A DNA stretch of 64,000 bases, taken from IMG/VR virus record IMGVR_UViG_3300010352_000682; one strand, 5' to 3'. The notes beneath the pieces were generated by a model, which was not told where the DNA came from, ran no database searches, and worked only from the letters and a program-made list of their open reading frames with translations. A program made the translations under genes and the position numbers. The stretch comes from an uncultured virus (IMG/VR IMGVR_UViG_3300010352_000682) (taxonomy: Duplodnaviria; Heunggongvirae; Uroviricota; Caudoviricetes). Positions 1 to 8,764 of this stretch are shown one piece after another (the first letter of the stretch is position 1; each line of letters starts with the position of its first letter).

Positions 1-228
1 TCATTCTTACCTCACTCTCTGAGCAATCCGGTATATGGGCAACAAAGCGGATGCAGGAGAGCTTCTTTTGCCGTGCTGACCATATCGGATGTAATCGCGC
101 TTGCCGGCTCACACATGGAAAAAGAAGCAAAATTTTGAGCATTTGTTCCTTTGTGGTCTGGCAGACATTTTCTTGGACTTGCATCTTTTATCTCGCTGGT
201 AACTTTGATTCCATACTTAAATGTGTAC
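1..228. repeat. Left copy of window-end direct repeat
   Basis: Aligns without gaps to 63773-64000; first 106 nt identical, 7 transitions in total. Confidence 0.95.
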
Positions 229-236
229 TTGGACAT
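12..236 (-). CDS. Small hypothetical protein (MSKYTFKYG...)
   Basis: ATG preceded by GAAAGGAAG RBS; a variant copy lies at 63784 to beyond 64000. Confidence 0.55.
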   Translation of the reverse strand: MSKYTFKYGIKVTSEIKDASPRKCLPDHKGTNAQNFASFSMCEPASAITSDMVSTAKEALLHPLCCPYTGLLRE

Positions 237-351
237 AATCAATCTTCCTTTCTCGCGGCGTCTAGTCGCATTATTAAATGGTATCACACAAGCGTATATG
301 AATTAAATGGTATCGCGTGGGCGTATATGCGCAAGTGTTTTTCTAATTATA

Positions 352-397
352 AGTATAAACTTTTCCAAAAACCTTTTCAATTGACTAACTAAACAAA
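352..397 (-). promoter_or_regulatory. SigA-type promoter with abutting 17-bp upstream box
   Basis: TTGAAA-17-TATACT preceded directly by TTTGTTTAGTTAGTCAA. Confidence 0.65.
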
Positions 398-567
398 TAA
401 ATATAAAAAAATTGTGCAACATAACTAAATGATTTAGTAATATTGCACAAAAAAATTCTTTACTTTTATTCAATTTACCATACTAACAAACTATATCCAA
501 TCAGGGGTTTTATATCCAAACAAATATCCAAATGGGCTGTGTGGTGATGTCCAAGGAAGAAATAAGA

Positions 568-990
568 TTATTTCTTCCTTATTCGCCGTTTTTCTCGAAC
601 AAGTTTTTTTAATCCAGATACAATTTTTTTTGATGCGTTCATCCTTGATGCCACCAAATCATAGTCACCTGCGGATAATGATTTTACTGTATTTAACATC
701 CTACGATTTCGTTCATATTCTTGCGAAAGTCTATCTATCCATTTCTCTAATTTAACCTCGGATAAATTAGAGGATGCAAATGCTTTCATGGTATTATCAA
801 TTAATTCAATTGTTTCATCACCACCACGAAAGGATTTATGAATAATAATCTGGATAGCTTCCGGTTTTGGTAAAGACAATAATATCATATTAGCAGCATC
901 CCTAACCATTCCGTTAAAAATATTTGGAGAAGCTCTTTTTCCTTCTACGTGTACAACTGTTAATCCACTTAAACTTCCTCTACCACCCAT
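568..990 (-). CDS. Hypothetical protein with MGGRG N-terminus
   Basis: ORF with RBS (AGGATG) immediately downstream of the DUF4417 gene. Confidence 0.7.
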   Translation of the reverse strand: MGGRGSLSGLTVVHVEGKRASPNIFNGMVRDAANMILLSLPKPEAIQIIIHKSFRGGDETIELIDNTMKAFASSNLSEVKLEKWIDRLSQEYERNRRMLNTVKSLSAGDYDLVASRMNASKKIVSGLKKLVREKRRIRKK

Positions 991-1001
991 TTTTTCACAT
1001 C

Positions 1002-1637
1002 CTAATCAAATAACTCTACAAATCTACTATGACTGTCTCCAATATATGTAATTTTAATTCCAAAATCTTCAACAAATTCTGACTTTTGTCCATAAAATAA
1101 AATCTCTTTTGGTTCCAATACGTTAATCATTTTTTCAAAACCGTCCATAAAAAGAGTTTTTTGATATTCTCCATGAACACACCCGGTATTAGAACATGCA
1201 ACAACACTGTCAACAGGCATTCCATCAAAACAGAACTCAAAACTTCTATCGTCCCCCCAACAAACAGTTGGCACAACAGAAATTCCATACTCTTGATAAT
1301 AAAGAGACAACCACATCTTCCTATAATGATTATAAATTTGCATTGCAAATGGGTAATCAGCATAAATAGAAAAATCTGGAGAACAGATACAATCATAAGA
1401 CTGAAAAAGCGAAACATATCTTTCTGGAGAAAGCCAAAGACGCTCAAACTGATAATCGTCAACAAAGAAGTGTAAGCCCTTATGTTTTCGATTTTTTTCA
1501 GTTAAAGCATTGTTGAAAGAGATAAAATTTTGAGCTGTGTAGCTTTCGCAGGAGCGAATTTCGGGGATTTCGTATTTTCCAAACCCTGGAAAAAATCGCT
1601 TCTCTAAATTTTCTTTACCACGTTCTTTTTCTGCCAT
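1002..1637 (-). CDS. DUF4417 domain protein
   Basis: Motifs HFFVDDYQFERLW, SPDFSIY, QIYNHYR, PTVCW, CFDG. Confidence 0.85.
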   Translation of the reverse strand: MAEKERGKENLEKRFFPGFGKYEIPEIRSCESYTAQNFISFNNALTEKNRKHKGLHFFVDDYQFERLWLSPERYVSLFQSYDCICSPDFSIYADYPFAMQIYNHYRKMWLSLYYQEYGISVVPTVCWGDDRSFEFCFDGMPVDSVVACSNTGCVHGEYQKTLFMDGFEKMINVLEPKEILFYGQKSEFVEDFGIKITYIGDSHSRFVELFD

Positions 1638-1644
1638 ACTGTCC

Positions 1645-1842
1645 TCACATAAAACGAATCTGCCCTAAGTCCTTAATTACAAGATAGATTATACCACCGT
1701 TTGCATCCATGAGTGTTAAATCATAACCCTTGTTCCTTACCACTGTACAATTACCATCAAAGTCTCTGGCGGTTTCCTCTATTGCCTGTAGATAAATCAG
1801 ACGGCCTTGATATTCTGTTCCATTATATTCAACACTGATCAT
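1645..1842 (-). CDS. Hypothetical protein
   Basis: Tightly packed ORF with RBS GAGGA. Confidence 0.6.
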   Translation of the reverse strand: MISVEYNGTEYQGRLIYLQAIEETARDFDGNCTVVRNKGYDLTLMDANGGIIYLVIKDLGQIRFM

Positions 1843-2227
1843 TTACTTTATTCCTCTTATTTATAATTTCAGCAGCTTTTTGTTTTTGATTTTTTGTTGG
1901 AGCTACCCTATATACAATATCATTATTTGGGCATTTTGATTCTTCTCTGTGTATGCTAACTGCATCTAATGATTCATCTATGCCAAGATTTTTAAATCTA
2001 TTTGACAAATAAATAAGAACATCTATCTGTACACAAGTACGAAGCACTTCATGCTGTTTTCGCTTATTACCAACATAATCATATTCAGTTTCATAAACAA
2101 CGTATACTGTAATCTGACGCTTCTGTAATTCTGACCAAAATTGATTTTGACTAACGAGTGTTACAATACCGTTTGCCGCCAAAGCAGTTTGAAGTTTTCT
2201 AATTAAAGATAAATATTTACTATTCAT
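1829..2227 (-). CDS. Hypothetical protein
   Basis: ORF downstream of a TTTACA-17-TATAAT promoter. Confidence 0.65.
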   Translation of the reverse strand: MNSKYLSLIRKLQTALAANGIVTLVSQNQFWSELQKRQITVYVVYETEYDYVGNKRKQHEVLRTCVQIDVLIYLSNRFKNLGIDESLDAVSIHREESKCPNNDIVYRVAPTKNQKQKAAEIINKRNKVNDQC

Positions 2228-2314
2228 ATATTAAACCCGCCTTTATATTTTTATCCATACTACCACTCAACACTCACAGACGGTATTATAGCACATATTA
2301 TGACATTTGTAAAG

Positions 2315-2800
2315 TTATTTTTTAAATGGAAGATCATTCATTTCTGGCTTATTTTCTAATGTCCATAATAAACCAAACATATTCCATATAAATGCTCTTT
2401 CGTGTGGTTCATCATTGTCTCCACGAACATATTTTAACAAATGACGTATTCCACTATCTATATAACAATGAAGTGGAATACCTTTTTCCCAATTTCTTTC
2501 ATTGTATTTTCTTGCACCATCCTCATATTGTTTTGAAACTTCAAGTATTGCAGTCTGCATATCTACTTTCAAAATACCAAAAATAAATAAATATATCACT
2601 CTATAAATATCTTCTGTATCACCTGTATATAAGAATGAATTAAGGTGGTTCAAAATACCAACAACCCACATATTCTCACCCTCGAAAAGCTCTGAAACCT
2701 GTTTAAGTGGTAATAAATCACATCTGCCCTTATCATCTGCACAATCGCGCACAGCACCACTTGTAAACTCTCTACGTTCTCCACTATCTTTAAGTATCAT
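2315..2800 (-). CDS. dATP/dGTP diphosphohydrolase-like protein (DUF5664)
   Basis: KDSGERREFTSGAVRD, KGRCDLLP, GARKYNERNWEKGIP, RHL motifs. Confidence 0.75.
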   Translation of the reverse strand: MILKDSGERREFTSGAVRDCADDKGRCDLLPLKQVSELFEGENMWVVGILNHLNSFLYTGDTEDIYRVIYLFIFGILKVDMQTAILEVSKQYEDGARKYNERNWEKGIPLHCYIDSGIRHLLKYVRGDNDEPHERAFIWNMFGLLWTLENKPEMNDLPFKK

Positions 2801-2960
2801 TTTTCTATATCTCCTAATTCTGTGTGTTTGTTCTTTTGTTTCTTTATTGATTCAAACATTCCTTTAAATACACCAACCATTAGAAAACAGAAAAATAAAA
2901 ATCCACCAGCAAGTCCTATCGCTGTAAAGATAATTCCAAATATTTGCCCCAAACTCATTT

Positions 2961-3284
2961 TTATACCTCCATAATAGTTCCGTCATTATGCACAAAATAT
3001 ATAGGAATATAATTTTTAAGTGCATATTCCATTTCAAGTTTACATCCTTTACTGCTTTGCCAATTCTCACAAAACCAAATTTCATCACATCGGCTTAATG
3101 CTTCAAAGCAATGCTTCATTCCTTCATCATAAGGAAGAACATGATAAAAGAATCCAGTTGCATTTAATGGACTATAATATGTAGTATCTTTATACATGTA
3201 GAGAAGTTTTACAATTAAATTTTCTACATCATCAACATTCTTTTGCTCACCATTAAATGGATGGGCAATATAAACCATCTTCAT
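2961..3284 (-). CDS. Nucleoside 2-deoxyribosyltransferase-like protein (DUF4406/DUF1937 type)
   Basis: VYIAHP...SP...LSRCDEIW...WQSSKGCKLEMEYA. Confidence 0.75.
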   Translation of the reverse strand: MKMVYIAHPFNGEQKNVDDVENLIVKLLYMYKDTTYYSPLNATGFFYHVLPYDEGMKHCFEALSRCDEIWFCENWQSSKGCKLEMEYALKNYIPIYFVHNDGTIMEV

Positions 3285-3499
3285 AATCCTATCACCTTAA
3301 AATTCCTTTTGTACACATTGCACAAATTTACATCCTTACAATACACTTGTCTTTTTGTCTCAACAGCACGACAAGTATCACTGGAATGTGCTATGCTCTT
3401 ATCATCATACAATGATTTCCTATGTACACAGCACAGACACACATCATCAAAATATGGATTACTGTATTGCATATTCTTCTCCTTAAATCTGGCGTACAA
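3281..3499 (-). CDS. Small Cys-rich hypothetical protein
   Basis: CxCCxH...C...C...C pattern; overlaps the next gene by ATGA. Confidence 0.5.
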   Translation of the reverse strand: MYARFKEKNMQYSNPYFDDVCLCCVHRKSLYDDKSIAHSSDTCRAVETKRQVYCKDVNLCNVYKRNFKVIGL

Positions 3500-3523
3500 T
3501 ATCTCTACTGTACGCCATATATA

Positions 3524-4960
3524 TTATTGGTCATAGGATTCAATCGCACTAAGCATTGTATCAAATCCACGTTCTGACATATTAATAAATTGGAGAACCT
3601 TTTCATTCCATCCGGCAATTATATTTGTCTTATCTCCAATAAATTGTTGTGTGCCATATCCCTGCATATCAATAGCGTGTACCCAAAGATTTGGATTTAC
3701 TCGTTCTCTATACTGATTAACAATTGATTGGCAAATATGTTTATATCCTCCATACCTACCGCTATTTATCTCATTATCTGAAAGCAAAATAACTCGATCA
3801 ACATTGATATTGTTATTAAGTATTTGCTTAAATGGAAGAGAAATATCTGTTCCTCCACCATATGTGATAAATGAATCGGCGCTTTGAAGTATTCCGGAGC
3901 GTGAAGAACAGGTTTTTTGAAAAAGCCTTGTATCAAAAGTATAGATAATTGATTCATCACAAATTTTATTTGCAATAGCGGCAATAATACTAGCAATATC
4001 GCAACAACGAACATCAGAATTACCAGAAATTGTGTTACTCATACTTCCAGAAACATCTATTGCAATAAGTGTTTTTCCATGAATCTTTTCAATATTATCA
4101 CAACTTGCTGAAACAGCGTCCTCTAATACATCAATCACCTTATTAGAACATCCCATATTCTTAACAATGCGATATGCAGAATAAAACCTAAAAGGAAGTT
4201 GCCTTGAGCGCCTTACTTTTTCGGGATCTGAAAGGATAGAATAAACCTTATCAATATTATCTGGATGTACATTGATTATATTACGCAAATTACGCAGTAG
4301 TGCCATATAACCAACCTTTCCACTATCAATAAGTTCTTCCCACACTTCTTTTGTATTACCGCGAGCAGAAAGTTCAACTTCCCATGTATATGGAGTTTCA
4401 AGAGCATCATTGATAATTTTACCAAATAATTCATCCTGTTTTGAAGTATTTGGTACAGGATGTGTAAGTCTAAGAACATCCTTAAATTTAATTGATTTGT
4501 TATTGCCGCTATACTTTGCAAATTGGTATTCGTCAAAATTACCCATGCTGTGTGCCAATGCCTTTTTAAGTGCATTTGGAATTGGCTTACCATACATATT
4601 AAGATAACAAGCAAGAATCTCTGTTATATCATCTGCACGAAGCACAACACCGCTGACTGTGCGCCCTGTAAATGCTCTACCGTGCTTTGCTATAATAGAA
4701 GTAAGCACATGAGACACAGAGCGCAAATTCATTTCTCTACGCGCATACACAGCAAGATTTGAAATGAAATGAGCATCAATCTGTGCTATAGTCTCTGCTA
4801 ACTTAACTAACTCTGTGCTGTTATCACCATAATATTTTTGTTCATTAAACATAGTAGTGAGTACCATTGTTACAAGACGAAGTTTATCTTCCATCTTATA
4901 CGCGGCATAACCACATTTATTTGTGGTTGACATTGAATTTTCCTTATTAAACTTAGACAT
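3524..4960 (-). CDS. Ro60/Rsr TROVE-domain RNA-binding protein with C-terminal vWA domain
   Basis: MSKFN start, YARREMNLRSV, FDEYQFAKY, TWEVELS, GYMALLRNLRNI, SRQLPFRFYSAY, MIDAS motif DVSGSM, GGTD, SDNE. Confidence 0.93.
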   Translation of the reverse strand: MSKFNKENSMSTTNKCGYAAYKMEDKLRLVTMVLTTMFNEQKYYGDNSTELVKLAETIAQIDAHFISNLAVYARREMNLRSVSHVLTSIIAKHGRAFTGRTVSGVVLRADDITEILACYLNMYGKPIPNALKKALAHSMGNFDEYQFAKYSGNNKSIKFKDVLRLTHPVPNTSKQDELFGKIINDALETPYTWEVELSARGNTKEVWEELIDSGKVGYMALLRNLRNIINVHPDNIDKVYSILSDPEKVRRSRQLPFRFYSAYRIVKNMGCSNKVIDVLEDAVSASCDNIEKIHGKTLIAIDVSGSMSNTISGNSDVRCCDIASIIAAIANKICDESIIYTFDTRLFQKTCSSRSGILQSADSFITYGGGTDISLPFKQILNNNINVDRVILLSDNEINSGRYGGYKHICQSIVNQYRERVNPNLWVHAIDMQGYGTQQFIGDKTNIIAGWNEKVLQFINMSERGFDTMLSAIESYDQ

Positions 4961-5022
4961 GATTTTTTCCTCCTTTAAAATAATATTGCCAATACATTTA
5001 AGTATTGGCAGTTAATTGATAG

Positions 5023-5154
5023 TGACGGAAGAATAAGCAAAAACAGCTAGCAAATGCTCTACCGATTGAGCTACTGTACATATGCACAGTTAGGAGTCGA
5101 ACCCAAAACATTTCGTTTAACAGACGAAGTAACTGTTTTTTACACTGTCCGCCA
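5023..5154 (-). ncRNA. Y-RNA-like RNA 1 containing a circularly permuted tRNA-Asn(GUU) module
   Basis: Closing stems GGCGGA/TCCGTC and AAAAACAG/CTGTTTTT; inside, anticodon arm TTCGT-CTGTTAA-ACGAA, T arm TTGGG-TTCGACT-CCTAA, loop-closed acceptor CTGTGC-ATAT-GTACAG, D arm GCTC-AATCGGTA-GAGC; next to the TROVE gene. Confidence 0.85.
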
Positions 5155-5196
5155 GTGATAACTAAACACCGTTGCCGGTGATTAATTCAAATTAGC

Positions 5197-5307
5197 TGCC
5201 GAGAAAAGACGATAACAGTCGAATAAACTAAAATATAAATTTGATACATTTAATAAATAATCATTACAAGTATAAGCATTGAAGTAACTGTTATCTACAC
5301 TACGGCA
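5197..5307 (-). ncRNA. Y-RNA-like RNA 2
   Basis: TGCCG/CGGCA outer stem, AGTGTA internal loop, GATAACAGTT/GACTGTTATC inner stem, ACTTC motif, AT-rich loop. Confidence 0.75.
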
Positions 5308-5314
5308 TATGGTG

Positions 5315-5395
5315 CAATATGAGAAAAATCGAATACAGTCAGTTTTATACAAAAGACAAATTTTGTGAAGTAACTGTGTTCTGCACTTCATATTG
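5315..5395 (-). ncRNA. Y-RNA-like RNA 3
   Basis: CAATATGA/TCATATTG outer stem, AGTGCA loop, GAACACAGTT/GACTGTATTC inner stem, ACTTC motif; begins at the predicted +1. Confidence 0.75.
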
Positions 5396-5402
5396 TAACT
5401 AG

Positions 5403-5448
5403 AGTATAACACACATTTTTAATAAATACAAGTGGTAAAATACACAAA
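5403..5448 (-). promoter_or_regulatory. Promoter of the Y RNA-Ro60 unit
   Basis: TTGTAT-17-TATACT with TG extension, preceded by TTTGTGTATTTTACCAC. Confidence 0.7.
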
Positions 5449-5599
5449 GTTTAATTTTATTTTTGTTTATTTTAAACAAATCAAACATGCTTTCATACAC
5501 TCAAGAGCTGTTTTCACATATTCACACTGTTTATCATTGTGCGTTGTAGTATAACGCTTTTGTAGGGACTCAAAATGCTTAATTGATTTAGTCAAAATA

Positions 5600-6262
5600 T
5601 CATTGTTCATAAGGACTCACCAACCAATTCGTATATTCATTAATGTTTTTCTGTGCATCATTATATGTCTTATAATAATGATTCAATTTTCCATCACCAC
5701 GGAATTGTACATAATCTGCTGGTAATACTCTTCCAACATTTTGTATTCCTTCTTTTTCATACTGCCAACGTATATACACGTCTAACGCAATATCATAATA
5801 CATATCTCCATCTGAATACGCGCTATATGCGAATTGGTTTGGTTGCGTTACAACATCCTTTATAGACGAACCCCTATCTACTCTATTCAGAACACACCAA
5901 CCTATTTTTGCAAGCTCTACATTCACACTACCATATGCTTCGCGCCGCATTGTCTTTGATATGTAATAGATATCTGAATTTGATTGTTTGGATATTTCTT
6001 GTAGCACGTTTAATTTTGCATTGGCATCTTTCCAAATTAGACCAGCAGTAATAATAATATCATTATCTTCTTTAAATCCCAATGCCCTTGCACTGTCAGC
6101 CATCTGGTGTGCATTAGTTAATATGTTTTGCTGTTCTGCTATTTGTTGTGACACATCTATGCATGTATCACACGCATTTACTTGAATATCACCAAACACA
6201 TTTATTATAGACAGAACCACTAAATAACACACAAGCATAATTACAACATTGATTTTTCTCAT
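5600..6262 (-). CDS. Cell wall hydrolase, SleB/Hydrolase_2 family, with N-terminal signal or TM segment
   Basis: EAYG, IGWCVLNRV, SIKDVVTQPNQF motifs. Confidence 0.75.
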   Translation of the reverse strand: MRKINVVIMLVCYLVVLSIINVFGDIQVNACDTCIDVSQQIAEQQNILTNAHQMADSARALGFKEDNDIIITAGLIWKDANAKLNVLQEISKQSNSDIYYISKTMRREAYGSVNVELAKIGWCVLNRVDRGSSIKDVVTQPNQFAYSAYSDGDMYYDIALDVYIRWQYEKEGIQNVGRVLPADYVQFRGDGKLNHYYKTYNDAQKNINEYTNWLVSPYEQ

Positions 6263-6278
6263 TTGTCACTTTCCTTTC

Positions 6279-6965
6279 TTAGAAAACCATTACCACTAGG
6301 AAAAGTAATGCTTGTTTTCCTTCCAATGCACCAACTTTTATTTTTCTCGTCAGTACATCAATCCAAGTAAGAATATTGACTAAGCTACTTGTATCATATA
6401 TTCCCACAAACTTCTTATTATAAAAAATAACACCATTGGTTAAGCCAGTATTTTCTATAATGTTTACATTCTTCGGAGTATCTTGTATTTGCAAAATTGT
6501 CCTAACCTTTGAGTACAACAGTGAAAATGTACCTAAAGCATCTTCATCTTTGACTTGTTCTGCACATTCTATCACACTTGACAATCTATGTAAACAGAAA
6601 TTATCAACAAACGCATATGTAAAATTTTCTTCTTCTTTCATACACTCAATTATATGTGTACTGAAAAACTTATAAAACTTACCTCGTTTATCCAATGTCT
6701 GATAAATGAATATAAGAATGTTATCTGACTTATTCTCTACTATCTTTTTCCAATCACTCTCTGATGCTTTCACAAATGCTAAATCATATCGAATCACAAA
6801 CGTCACAGGTTCATCGTACAGCGATTTCTGGTACAGCCTACTAACTATAGCTAAAACATCTGAAATGCTCTCTGAGCGCGTTCTAGTGCCTGACACGATA
6901 CTATTAATCGTATTATCAATTAAATTAGTATCATTGCCAACCAAGATGTAAACATTACTGTTCAT
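6279..6965 (-). CDS. Clamp loader delta-like subunit
   Basis: NVYILVG N-terminus, QKSLY, LDKRGKFYK, C-terminal KIKVG; lies near the DnaX-like gene. Confidence 0.6.
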   Translation of the reverse strand: MNSNVYILVGNDTNLIDNTINSIVSGTRTRSESISDVLAIVSRLYQKSLYDEPVTFVIRYDLAFVKASESDWKKIVENKSDNILIFIYQTLDKRGKFYKFFSTHIIECMKEEENFTYAFVDNFCLHRLSSVIECAEQVKDEDALGTFSLLYSKVRTILQIQDTPKNVNIIENTGLTNGVIFYNKKFVGIYDTSSLVNILTWIDVLTRKIKVGALEGKQALLFLVVMVF

Positions 6966-7263
6966 CTGAGATTCTCCCTATGTCAAATAACCACATATCA
7001 AATATCATTGCTTTATTTGCCCCGGACTCATTTAGATCGTTTAATGCCTGTATTGTAGCAAGAATCATTTTAGCATAAACTTTTGATTTTTCTTCACAGG
7101 ATAAATGCATACACACATGTGAAAAATCAATTAAAAATTGTGACAACTCAAATCCATCATCTGTATCTTTTATCTTAATGTATTTTCTTATTTTGAGAAT
7201 ATTGCCAAAATTTATATCATTTATATTCTCAGCAATATTCTCCAATAACTGCTCATAATCCAT
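6955..7263 (-). CDS. Hypothetical helical protein, possible clamp-loader component
   Basis: Located between the DnaX-like and delta-like genes. Confidence 0.45.
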   Translation of the reverse strand: MDYEQLLENIAENINDINFGNILKIRKYIKIKDTDDGFELSQFLIDFSHVCMHLSCEEKSKVYAKMILATIQALNDLNESGANKAMIFDMWLFDIGRISDEQ

Positions 7264-7266
7264 ATA

Positions 7267-8190
7267 TTACCTCAGTAATATTTTACTTACTATATATTCA
7301 TATGGCATATTTTCATTCATAAGATGCTCTTTCAATTCAAGGATAAATTGAAGTGTGTCAAGATATACTTCTGCTCCACTAGATAATGAATCTACTGCGG
7401 CATTAAGTGCTACACTGAAACAACTACTAATAAAGAATTTAAGATTTGCTCCATTATCATTTAATTGTTTTATTACTTTTACGCCTACTGCCGTGTCATT
7501 ATCATCACAAGCACCAAGAAATGCACTAATATATTTACCATAATCAACACCAAGCAATGCTTTTACATCCTCAATGTCAGATATGTTTGCAGAAATGCAC
7601 TTATCAAAATAGTTAATGGCCTGTCTCATACAGCCGTGAGAAATTGAAGCAATATAATCCAATGACTCGCCAAACTTAGTGCTACAATTTTCAGTATATG
7701 CTATATAATCCAGTCTATGTACTATTTGTTCAGTTACCAATGGAAGAAATTCAAATCTCTGTACACGCGAAAGTATTGTAATAGGTATTTTGTTTGATTC
7801 TGTCGTGCAGAAAATAAAGTAAACATTCTCAGGCGGCTCCTCTACTATTTTTAACAACGCTTGCCATGCAGGAGTGCTTAATGAATGGCATTCATCCATT
7901 ATAAAACACTTGCATTTCTTTACTATGGACTTCTTTATTGCTTCATCTTGTAGTTGTCTAATATTCTCAATTCCATTATTACTTGCGGCATCAAGCTCAA
8001 ATATTTCTGCATCAAGCTCATTTGCTACTATTCGCGCTATCGTTGTTTTACCTGTACCAGCTGGGCCAACGAATAACATACACTGTGATACTTCACCATT
8101 CTTTAATTCAGCCGAAAGCGTTTTTACTGTTTCTGTTTGCCCCACAACATCATCTAATGTGGTAGGACGATATTTTAAAGTTAATTGCAA
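7267..8190 (-). CDS. dnaX: DNA polymerase III gamma/tau-like clamp loader ATPase
   Basis: KYRPTTLDDVVGQ, Walker A GPAGTGKTT, ELDAASNNG, DECH, LLKIVEEPP, TILSR. Confidence 0.88.
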   Translation of the reverse strand: MQLTLKYRPTTLDDVVGQTETVKTLSAELKNGEVSQCMLFVGPAGTGKTTIARIVANELDAEIFELDAASNNGIENIRQLQDEAIKKSIVKKCKCFIMDECHSLSTPAWQALLKIVEEPPENVYFIFCTTESNKIPITILSRVQRFEFLPLVTEQIVHRLDYIAYTENCSTKFGESLDYIASISHGCMRQAINYFDKCISANISDIEDVKALLGVDYGKYISAFLGACDDNDTAVGVKVIKQLNDNGANLKFFISSCFSVALNAAVDSLSSGAEVYLDTLQFILELKEHLMNENMPYEYIVSKILLR

Positions 8191-8191
8191 T

Positions 8192-8764
8192 CTAATCTAC
8201 CTCCTTATAATAATCATCTGCATACATAAACACATATCCGGGACAAACAGTAGAATTCTTCCGTTTGCCTTTGCAAATATTTCTAATTGTCTTTCGTGAA
8301 CAATTATTATATCTTGCTGCTTTTTCAACAGAATTATATGTTTTTACAACAATATCTGTTACCTTATTTACCTTTACTATTTTTTTGCCGGACTTACTTT
8401 TATTTGCATTAGGATAACTTGCGTTTGCAACAACATAATTTTCAAGTGAAAAATCTGTTCTATTGTTACTCTTTTGATACAATTTTTTTCCTTCTGGTAC
8501 ATTAATTCCATAAAGTAAACAATAAAGCCTACCTATTGTATAATGTTTTCGTGAGCCATCTTTTGCAACTAAATTATAAACATATGTTGATCTTGTAATA
8601 CTACCATTTTTCTTATATGGAGTTAAATTTCTTACTGAACCATTTTGAAGAATTCTTCTTACAATTCCAGATGTATTCATTTGATATAAACCAACGTAGC
8701 CGGGTATATCAATAAAGCCATCATTTTCAACTATGTTGTATTTTTCATGTTTTGGCCCAGACAT
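8192..8764 (-). CDS. NUMOD4/NUMOD1-type homing endonuclease-related protein, HNH core apparently degenerate
   Basis: IPGYVGLYQ...G.VR N-terminus; C-terminal YNSVEKAAR...IRNICKGKR. Confidence 0.6.
   Translation of the reverse strand: MSGPKHEKYNIVENDGFIDIPGYVGLYQMNTSGIVRRILQNGSVRNLTPYKKNGSITRSTYVYNLVAKDGSRKHYTIGRLYCLLYGINVPEGKKLYQKSNNRTDFSLENYVVANASYPNANKSKSGKKIVKVNKVTDIVVKTYNSVEKAARYNNCSRKTIRNICKGKRKNSTVCPGYVFMYADDYYKEVD

Noticed and set aside
273..329. Two 28-bp imperfect direct repeats in a leader
   Set aside because: Real, but only two copies and no supportable function
2315..3284. Hypermodified-base (dZ or 7-deazaguanine) pathway
   Set aside because: Only nucleotide-pool enzymes are seen; no PurZ, Que or DpdA genes were recognised
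5182..5412. 76-aa ORF upstream of TROVE
   Set aside because: It starts within the promoter and overlaps the structured RNA units
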